A stretch of DNA of 64,000 bases from Takakia lepidozioides (Eukaryota > Plantae > Bryophyta), in assembly GCA_030704615.1 (NCBI GenBank), contig CM060733.1, positions 75,702,001-75,766,000 on the forward strand, read 5' to 3'. Positions 54,178 to 64,000 of this stretch are shown here, piece by piece. A program made the translations under genes and the position numbers. The stretch's first letter is position 1. Each line of letters starts with the position of its first letter. The notes beneath the pieces were generated by a model that was not told where the DNA came from, ran no database searches, and worked only from the letters and a program-made list of their open reading frames with translations.

Positions 54178-54642
54178 GATTCCGGCGCCAGGGGGTGATT
54201 CCCCTTCCTCTACCGGGATTACCTTTGAACTGGGGATTATAGTCGGCAAAGCAGGCCTGCCAAGAGGACAGAACTATACCAGAAGAACCAATGAGGCTAC
54301 GCATCCAACTCACTTTACATTCTCATCATACACACAATCCAGCACATCAATCGTATACTGTTGAGATCACCACCGCCGCCTCCACGGCCCAAGTGACTCG
54401 TTTAAATAGAAGCGCCAAAGCTTAATCAGGAATGACATGTTAATCATCCTTTAGCTGCCTGCTCAGATTGCAATCCATGTTATCCATAGATCAGCTGCTG
54501 CTTAGGATAACCATCTAATCTGAAAGTAGCTATTATAATAAAACGAGATACTTAATTAAAAATAGGTTCATCCAGCGCGACGTCATCCCTTTCCACCTAC
54601 TAACTGTCCATCCATAATGGGGAATAAAAGAAGGGAAGGAAT
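54178..54642. repeat. ~465-bp dispersed direct repeat, copy 2
   Basis: Highly similar to 48493-48960. Confidence 0.9.
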
Positions 54643-56635
54643 CCCGGCCCCACAGGCCCTGTTACTCAGATTAAAGAAGCGAGGTAAAAGGGGGAAAAAT
54701 AACCTCGACACGGCTTTTTCTTCATTTGTACAATTGAAACTCTTCTTAAGTTCTCAAAGTCACATTCTTCCACAAGATAGCATATTTTAGGTGACTTTCC
54801 AACCGTGTTTTTTATTCTGGCAAAAACTCGCCAGATTTTGAATTGAAAACTAGGTCGGCTACTTGTACAAAGGAATCATGGGGGTATAATCCGAAAAAGT
54901 CGCCAAAAAACGCCCCTAGGGACCTGATTTTTCCATAGTGTTCCCATTAAAATGTGCCCCCTGTTATATAGCCACTGTTCTAACCCTGCCACCTCATTAT
55001 TCTCGCCACATAGGCACAGGGTAGAATTCACACATGTCCCCTGTTGGCAATTTTGGAAGAATGGAAAGAAAAAACACTGCTAAACAGAAAGACATATAAT
55101 AATAGGTTTCGAGTTTTGACCACCAGATCATACGCAAGAGATCCAACGTAGACCCCATTCAGCATACCCTGATGAGACCCTAGAAACAACTGCAATGTGT
55201 GTTTGGGTCTATTGGGTCTCTCCCAGGTCCACTCATACGTCTACTAGATCTACCCAAGTCAAATTTGAATCTAATATCGGTCTTATTATTCTCCCTAGTC
55301 TACTGGATCCTACTATTACCGGTTTGTTGGATTATTGTAAGTCTACTCTCCTAGTCAGGGCCTACTATCGTCTCATGAGTAAGCCCAGAGTAGATTCAAA
55401 ATTGATCCAGTAGATCAAGAGTAGATCCACACCACCCAAGAGACCCAATAGATCTAGTTCTTAGGGACCTGAGATGTCTCTTGGGCTATGTGGTGGCTGA
55501 TACACTACCATGACCGGTCTGGGTGTACTTTGGATCTCTTAGCTTTTTGGGGCCATAATTTACACTTCATTGGGGAGACGTGATCATATATATATATATA
55601 TGGATCTCTTGGATGTGATCTTGTGGTTGGGGCCTATGATTATAGGTCTCACTGTAGCTCTTGTTGGGAGGTCACTTAAATTTGTGTTATTTTTTGGGAA
55701 AAACATTTGTTTTTATTATTTGATTGATTTGATAAAACACTTGAATTTTTCCTTCTATATATATGATTAATATATTTAGAATTTAATACTTCTAGTAGTT
55801 ACATACTATATATCCAAAAGCCTGACTTGCATCAAATCACAAATATATACTAGTTAGATTACTCGCACGGTCCATTTGTTCACTTTTAAAGACATCCAAT
55901 AAATAGCCGAGCACGGTTAGGGCGAGATACCATTTCACTAGGGTTTGGGTTTCAAACTCGATTAAGTGTGTTAGATGTCATACAGTCATTAGGAAGGCAA
56001 TTCAAGAATCCACATTTATTTATTTATTTTTATTAATATTAATATTAGGATGATTTTGGTGATAATAAAATCACTGACCCACCACAGGCTCCACAACCTG
56101 GGCAGACCACCGGAGTGGTTTGCCAGGAGATCCTAATATGAATAGACAATGGCATTAACCTCTAAAGGTCGATGCGACCCATTTGGGGTCGCATTGTTTT
56201 TCACTTAACTGTAACATGGTTAGGATAATATCTGATGGAGGTGGGCCCTAAAGCAAAGTTATAGCTTACACTGTCAGCTATTGAATGCACCATATCTTGC
56301 CATTTGGATTACTACAGCGCCCCCTAGAATTTTGGACATATGTGAAAAGTGCATATTTTGTGTGGTGTTCAAGTTTTGAGGGTGTTAACTACGTGACGTG
56401 GACCAATGAGAGCGTGGGGCCAGGACGACACGTGGACAATTCACTCTATGCTACATCCCCTAAGCCAATCTTAGAAATTTCAAGTGTGAATTGGTGCATT
56501 CTCTTTGTATTGTTATTTGACGTCTACTCACTGTTGAAATTCTTTTTTTCATGCAAATTTTTGCTGCTCGCTGCATCCAAGCAAAAATCTTGTTCTTTTT
56601 ACCTATGGGTATCCCGAAGCAGTTACATACAAAGG

Positions 56636-56846
56636 GGCATTAATGAAAACAGGTCATTACATGCTGAAATTTGGACACAATATCCTACACTTGGTGGGCA
56701 GCAATTGGTCAAAAGTTGGAGGGGACCCACAACTAGAATGGGGCATTAATAAAAATAGGTCATTACCTGCTGAAATTTGGACACAATATCCTGCACTTGG
56801 TAGGCAGCGATTGGTCTAAAGTTGGAGGGGAACCCACAACTAGAAC
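56636..56846. repeat. Two-unit ~105-bp tandem duplication
   Basis: gggcattaat..ggtcattac.tgctgaaatttggacacaatatcct..cccacaactagaa occurs twice. Confidence 0.75.
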
Positions 56847-57382
56847 ATGGAGAAAATTGGTGGTCAAACCAAGTTTTTCCATGAGTTTTTGTATGAGCCT
56901 AGAAATGGGGGGTCACTCCCACATTATAATCTGCTCATTCCAACGGTGGAATGATTTGAGAATTTTTTACCAACTATATGATATAGTTACTGACAACATT
57001 GTATGGTTAATCCACATGGATGAACTTTGGCAACAACGTACATCCACTCTTGTTAGGCCATGTCACGCTTTTCTAAAAAATCGCAAAGAAACTCTCGTCC
57101 TTTAGGGGTTAAACATCTTCAACATGTCAACAATGATTTGACCAAGAGATCCCAATTATCATATGTTTTGTTTTTAATCAAAACTAAAAAAACAAAACCC
57201 TATAATTCGTATTTTAAAAATGATGGAAAAAAAACTGTGGATTTTAAAAACCTTGAGCCCTAAGATTCCTGATTTTGTTTACCTGCCCGAAGTTTCAGCT
57301 CTTATTTTGTGCATGCTACTTGGCTGCACGCACCCTGGAGTCATACTGTTCTAAATCTAACTAAGGATAGTGGGACTACCCA

Positions 57383-58229
57383 TCAATATATGAAGCGAGA
57401 CGTTTGTTTTGTTTTGTTTTGTTTTGTTTTGTAGCGTCGTTGAGATGTCCCAAACCGCAAGGCCCCAGCGCTGGTGCTTGGTGCCGTTGGAAAGCCCTCG
57501 ACAAGGAGGGGTGCATCGGCTTGGTCTCATGATTTTTGGACCTGCGGTGTGGGAGATGTGGAATTCCAAGTATTTTTTGTCGTTGGAAATTCACGAAAAA
57601 TAGCTAAAATGGCAAAGTGAGCGCCTTGACAGGAGAGATATCAAGGGAAAGGTCTCTGGTTCAAATCTTGTCGTAGGCTCTATGGGAAAAAAATTACTTA
57701 GATGACATTGGGCCGTTAGAAATTCGGGAAAAATAGCAAAGTGGGCAATTCCTGGGAGAATGGTTGGAGCCTTGACAGGAGAGACAACAAGGGAGAGGTC
57801 TCCGGTTCAAATCTGGTCATAGGCTACATGGGGAAAAAAAAAATGATTAGATATGGCTAAGTCATTAGACTCAGATGACAGTGGACACTTGGGCCAACAG
57901 CACAGACTACCCTAGAGGTCGCACTTGGGCCTCACTTAGGAGACGCACTAGGATACATATGAGATCTTGCATTTGTGCTTAGATGACATTGGGCATTTCG
58001 GCCAACGGCACAAGCTCCCCTAGAGGTCGCATTTGAGCCTCCACATAGGAGACACACTTAGATATATAGGGGATAGCACTTGGAGATATCAAGGGAAAGG
58101 TCTCCGGTTCACATCTGGTCGTAGGCTCTGTGGAAAAAAAAAATGATTGGATATGGCTTGCTTCATATATTGATGCACTTGGACTTAAATGACATTGAAC
58201 ACTTGGGCCAACGGCACAAGCTACCCGAG
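57383..58229 (+). mobile_element. Non-autonomous Helitron-like repeat with internal subrepeats
   Basis: A|TC start, (GTTTT)n, three copies of an aaggtctccggttca..taggct block, degenerate end ..gctacccgag|T; no TIR or TSD. Confidence 0.45.
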
Positions 58230-58241
58230 TCAATATATGAA

Positions 58242-58446
58242 GGGGGGATGTTTCCGCGTGAGCGCGTGAACGCAGGCAGGCTCACGCCACGTCAGCAGTT
58301 CTTGCCACGTTGGCTGATGGGTCTGACGCTATGTCAGCCAACCTCGCCAGCGTGCTCGATGACACCTCACGTCATGCCACATCATTTTCATAGGCATGGG
58401 CCTATAACCGCGGATCGAACAGGCAAAAGGGGGCCTATAGCCGCGG
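58242..58446 (+). mobile_element. Terminus of a third methyltransferase-carrying element
   Basis: GGGGGGATGTTTCCGCGTGAGC..ctcacgccacgtcagc..ggggcctatagcc resembles the reverse complement of 11236-11489. Confidence 0.7.
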
Positions 58447-59333
58447 ATTGCGAATTCGGCAGACAAGGAACCATATGTGGGCGACGAGGCGAGGTGCAGA
58501 AGAGAGCTGAATGTTGGTGAATGTTGGTGAATGATAGTGTTTGCAAGACTTAAATGGTTGTGGATGAATTAATGTCCAGGGCATCAGTCTACAATGGTCA
58601 TCAGATGATTTAATGTCATGCTAATGTGGTATTCTACGTTGCTGTCATTAGTCTACAATGGTTGTGGATGAAGTAATGAGGATGAAGCAAAGCCAATGTG
58701 GATGGGACGCTGCGAGTATGGATGAATGGGGATGAAAAGTTGTGGACGAATGTGGATGAAATATCATGAATGAATGAGAGAGTGGATAAATGTTGAGCGA
58801 GGATGTCATTCTAACATTTATGAAAACCAAGCACAACGATCAATGTCGTTTGCACAAACATCAGAAATTGTGCCTAAAATCCCTCATGAAGCACATGATA
58901 AGATTTAATGAATGTCTGTCATTTGGGGAAAGATAGACAGATGACAGCAACGTAGAATAAGACAACACAGCAGATGTGAGATTGATCTTTTATTCTGCAA
59001 CTTTGTCCCACTACATACTGCAACATTCTGGTGTGCAGCACGCTCCTCTTTAGCTTTCTCTTCAGTGTCGACACATTGTGAGCCATTTCAGCACTATACT
59101 TCCTGCAACGCACCACCTGACCACGCTAAACATGGTTTGGACTCTAATGCGTCTTGTTGCCCCTGCCAGTGAGGTAGAAATGTGCTCATCTGTCTTACGA
59201 GAGCACTGCAACTTTCATGGCTTTTCATCCGAACGATTACACAACAATATAAAAAATGAATTTGGCTCTCGTTTGTGCATGAGGAGGTGTTCCAGGTCTT
59301 TCCACACTATGTAATATAAATTGACGAAACGAC

Positions 59334-59729
59334 TGCCTTGTCTTCTTGTTTGACCCATAACCAATGTTAGGCTTCAGGATGTTGCCCTTGAGCTTGCGCT
59401 GAAACCGAGAGTCCATACATCATCCACTAGGTGCATTGTCTTCTTGTTTGAACCATAACCAATGTTAGGCATCAGGATGTTGCCCTTGAACTTGCGCTGA
59501 ACCCGAGAGTCCACAAATCATTCCCTAGGTGCCTTGTCTTCTTGTTTGACCCATAACCAATGTTAGGCATCAGGAGGCTGCCCTTGAACTTGCGCTGAAC
59601 CCGAGAGTCCACAAATCATTCCCTAGGTGCCTTGTCTTCTTGTTTGACCCATAACCAATGTTAGGCATCAGGAGGCTGCCCTTGAACTTGCGCTGAACCC
59701 GAGAGTCAATACATACATCATCCCCTAGG
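59334..59729. repeat. 98-bp tandem repeat, 4 units
   Basis: Units start at 59334, 59432, 59530 and 59628 (tgccttgtcttcttgtttgacccataaccaatgttagg...). Confidence 0.95.
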
Positions 59730-60065
59730 CTTGCACCTTAAACCCTTTGCTCATGCAGATTGCCAGAATAATGAGAGACTCAAACAAACAACTGTTTACT
59801 GTACATTACAATCAAAGCCTACAAGCCAGGAACTGTTCACTGTATGAAGTGCATAGAAGCCACTTTTGTAAATGCATACATGCCATGCAAATGAGAAACC
59901 ATCTTTTAACGACATTACCACGAACAGGCCAAAATTTTATTACAAAATTTGGGAGGGACACAAAATGTCTGAAACTCACAACATCACGAGACCCCAAAAA
60001 CTGATGAAATTGGCATTTCAGTCACTAGAACTATCCCCTGAAACTTGTGCAGTATCATCAACGCT

Positions 60066-61800
60066 ACAATTGTTTGAATAAAAGCTGGGCTCTTCTCCTT
60101 GGCCCCTCTCCATGGTGTGGAATTGGACTTTCGCAAGCATATATTGGAATCCACGTAATTGTAGTGCATGTCGTCCACCACTGGATCAAACTTGTCGTTG
60201 ATGAAAGAACCTCCCCTATGAAGCCTGAACTCCTTCACTGCTGAGGGAGTCGAAGCAGGTGCACCCTGACGAGGTAGACGGCCTCAAAAATACGGGTCTG
60301 CACACAAGACAACATGAAGCTCATATGAGTGAATGCCCAAAAAAACATCTGGAAAGAACAGTGCTTGAACCCTCCGAAATTGAGTGCGTTGACGCACTCA
60401 TTTCTGGAGGGGTGAAATTGAACTTCAAATGAAGCAGGCAAGAGAAGGTCGATTACCATTTGTCCCGGACAGTCGCCCTTTGTCAAGTACAGGTTGTTCA
60501 CACCATTCCACGTTTTGATGATCTTCATCCCCGAGGCCTTGAGGTAGCTTGCAAGCTCCCGTCAACATTTCGTAGTGATGGACTGGATCATTACAAAAAC
60601 CTCTGCATCCGATAAAAAAAAAATTGCAAAATGAAAAGACCCACCGCCAGTACCTCTCATCAAATGCATTCCATGTTGGGCAAGTGCCAATGGGTAGAAT
60701 GTCCAGTACTGGCTGCCCATCTGGAATGTCCACAATCACCATGTTGGCACCATATGGTTTTTGAGCACCATTGACCCAACACTGCCCCTTCGAAACCTGA
60801 AAACAGACAGAAGGCAAAAATTAAATCACTATCCAAAATGGAAAACATTAACAACAACAAACAATGGAAATTGGCTTACCGACTCAAGGAATGCATACAG
60901 CTTGCCCCAAGTTCGAGAGGGTTCTCCAGTGTTACTAGATTTTCTGCTCTCCATCATGGCAAGGAATGAATCATTGACAAGCTCGCATTTACATTCTCGC
61001 TGGATTCTGGATGGGTGCTCCACTGCGTCGTATGGCTCAAACTTCCCCTTGCATTTTCGTTCCTTGTTTGCAATTGGGGTCTGCGCTGCCTCACCCCCTG
61101 CAGCCTCCCCTTGGGTGGCCTTCTCCTTCCCTTTGTCCTTTGTACCCTTTCCCTTTCCCTTCCCTCTCGTAGGAGTTTTTGTTGGCTGCGGGTTCCTTCT
61201 CAGCGAGGTTCCGCAGATTCCTCTCATGCAATTCCTTGTCCGTTAGAGGGGCCAACGACTCCGCATTGTCGTTTTGGTTCCGTGTCTACAACTCATACCA
61301 AGGGCAATCTGATTTGGGAATGTCAAGATACCAGCAGCAGTCCTTCAGGTGATATCTCCCGTAGTCCCGGAGGATGGCTGCCATGTACATGGTCTGGTTG
61401 TTAGAGGAGTCAGACCACAAGTCGATGAAGGCAGGGTACTTACTGAGGTTTTTCCCCGGACTGAGCACGTTCTTGATATACCTACAAAACAAAGGAGGTA
61501 CACTTTTAGACAATGAAGGCAAAAAAACATGTAGTCTGGCCCTCCCAAAATGCATGCGTCGACGCACACACTTTGGGGGTGTGCACACACATGAGCATGA
61601 GGCAACCGAAATCCACTACCCCACAAGCAACACAAGCAAATAAGACAAAACAGAGGGTTCCATATGCAGAAAGATATCTCATTCTCGGTAGGTGTGTTAC
61701 ATTGTCCCTGACGCTTCAGAACATCCTCAAAGGCAGCAAGAATAGCCACCGAAGCAATGAAATCCATGATGGAGGGGATAACACACCTGAGTTTGTGGCC
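60066..61800 (-). pseudogene. Beta-class DNA methyltransferase-like gene, copy 3, with N-terminal extension; motif I lost
   Basis: Exon 60796-60457 GANMVIVDIPDG..PTWNAFDERYWRWVF; intron 60456-60298; then TRIFEAV..FDPVVDDMHYNYVDSNICLRKSNSTPWRGAKEKSPAFIQTI, close to copy 1. Further upstream exons to ~61800. Confidence 0.75.
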
Positions 61801-62603
61801 CTACTTTCATTTTTGTGATTCTTGCTGTGAGTTCCTCTCCTCTGCCATCTGGACCGAGTATCAAACTACAATGCTAGGCTAGGGCCTCAAGAGCGTGTCG
61901 GTTGTGCTGCTTACCCGTCTCTGTGATTCAAATCAGTTCAGCCTTTCTTTTTATTCTGCAGTAAGTAGTGAGCAGTTGTATGTCTGTCTGTGAATGCTTC
62001 TATGTTGAATAAAAAGAGAGCTGCTCAATATTACTGCCACTGAACTGTTGCTCTTCTGGGTGTGGACAGGTGGAAGGCATGGAAGCACGGGGGGGTCACT
62101 ATATGTATTTTTTTCATATCACGTGCGTACAAAGGTATATTTATACTAGGCTATATTTTTAAAATTTTGCATTTTTTTCCACCCTATCTTTAGGTAATAT
62201 TGTAAAACCCTTTGTTTTCTAACACCTTTTTTTAATAATTTTCTTTTGCAACAATTAATTAGATCATATTTTAAATTGTCATTTTAAATAATTACAAAAT
62301 TTCAAAGCACGTACACAAACAAGTACATTCCATATAACATAAGTCAAATGCCAAGCCGAAGAAAAAGTTTAATTTTCATTAGCCACGAACTCATTCAAAG
62401 CCGCAGCATCACTTGGATCTAAAAAGTACAAGTTTTGAGATGGTTCAAATGCCATAGTCACTGTTGAGATTATGGTATCAACATCAATCCACTGTGTATC
62501 ACTGGAATCATATTTGAACTTCAGGTGACCTCTACCTGATTTCATCCTGATGGATTGGAGCTAGATGAAATATGAGAAACTTCAAAAGGATGGATACATT
62601 ATA

Positions 62604-62784
62604 AAGCAAAGAAAGCATGACGCCTCCCGAAGGGAGCGTAACTTATGGTGTCTCTTCACCACAAGGGCTAAGACCTTCCAGCTGACAGGTGGACACCTTC
62701 ATGACACACCAGACCGTGGTTTGAACCCACAACCACATCCAACGTGGTATGTGCCCATTACCACTGGGCTACATGTTGGTTGTC
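62604..62784 (-). mobile_element. tRNA-derived SINE
   Basis: A box TAGCCCAGTGG, B box GGTTCAAACC; 13-bp TSD TGGATACATTATA at 62591-62603 and 62785-62797. Confidence 0.88.
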
Positions 62785-63570
62785 TGGATACATTATACTG
62801 TAGATAAAACCCTTTATTACACTAGGGCTTCGCGTTGCTTCGAACTACTAGCGATGAATTCTGAGAACTACCTTCAATTTTTCACAAAAAAAGGGTGGGT
62901 CATCCCCACGGTGTTACATGCAGAGATCTCGTGTTTTGTTTTTTTCTGGAAGAAAAATGGCGGATATCAAGGTTCTATTAGCACAAGCCGCATCAACCAA
63001 TAACAACATACCCAAATACCCTTACATTCACTGTATGAACTTTCAAGCATCCACCATGGGATTGGATCTTGGTGGGTTAAGCCTAGCTTTTGACAATATT
63101 CATGCAAGTTCGTCAAGGGCTCCATCCAAAGCCACACCACGAGAAACAAACAAACATGTCTAAATTTAAGATGTTGAACAAACTTATGCGCAGGGCTGCC
63201 CCTCTCATCAAGCTCTTTAAAATTCGTATTCACTTCCATCTTCAAGCTTTGGAGAAGCTCCACCACCCAAACCCAGAATTAGGATAGCACTCTGATTTCC
63301 ATCCACTGTCGCCAAAATCAGTCAAAAATCACCCCTTCAGTCAAGTGCAATTGTGGGCTGACTTCCCACCTATGCCGGGTAGACCCCACTATCAGGAAAT
63401 GGTGGATGGTCTGAGTAGCTACACAGATCAATGAATGAAGCGAGACACTTGCATCTTGCACTCAACAGTACATGATGGTCAGTACTCTTAGGAAATGGTG
63501 GATGGTCTGAGTAGCTACACAGATCAATGAATGAAGCAAGACACTAGTATCTTTCCAAGAAAACATCCTT

Positions 63571-64000
63571 TCACCAGTAATCACCACAAGAACAAATCCC
63601 ATCTTCAAAGTGGTGGAAAGTAGTTAGCGTCCCATACAACAATTGCTCGGCCAACAATGAGATGAATTTGGTGGAGGTGTGGCAGTCTCCACATACTTGA
63701 AGATTCTTGACGAGTCGTGCTGATCAGCCCAAAACCAATGGCCTTGGTGGCAAAGAGAAAATTCCTTTCCTCCACATCATGCAATAAAAAGCGTGTGCCA
63801 GGCACATACCCCCCCTCCTTCATCTGCCCAGACAATCTTCTCCAGAGCTGCCAGGCTTGCACACGCATTGCAAATGCACAAAAACGTGATGTGGTCGGGC
63901 TTCACCCCTTCCCCCATCATTTGATCATAGGTCTCCAAGGCCTCCATACCACATCCCTGCTGTGGATACCCTGCAAGCATCGTGTTCCATGACACCACAT
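63571..64000 (-). pseudogene. PPR-DYW RNA-editing factor pseudogene, 3' part
   Basis: PPR motif VVSWNTMLAGY..G.GMEALETYDQM..EGVKPDHITF, then MKEGGYVP..LLHDVEE..KNLQVCGDCH..HHFEDGICSCGDYW*; frameshifts and deletions. Confidence 0.9.

Noticed and set aside
59334-59729. CRISPR-like array
   Set aside because: Units are near-identical along their whole length with no unique spacers, and the context is eukaryotic.

Overview
Repeat-rich land-plant nuclear DNA, probably a bryophyte such as a moss (inferred from gene structure, a PPR-DYW remnant and repeat types). A central gene island holds a COX7c-like mitochondrial gene, a class III peroxidase and a PPD8-like PsbP-domain gene whose exon 6 is frameshifted. 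The flanks hold nested, mostly decayed transposons: two MULE-type transposase genes, a CACTA derivative, a Tourist-like MITE, two Gypsy elements with a dUTPase-like domain, one full-length Copia, a LINE 3' end, tRNA-derived SINEs and Helitron-like repeats. The main observation is a DNA-transposon family, seen three times, that carries an intron-containing gene resembling bacterial beta-class N4-cytosine/N6-adenine DNA methyltransferases. Each copy lies about 1-1.8 kb inside a shared terminal motif (GGGGA[T/C]G...GTGAGC). In two copies it follows a Transposase_24-like gene, and in one it is linked to a SWIM-MULE transposase. All three copies are pseudogenised, and all homology calls were made by eye without database searches.
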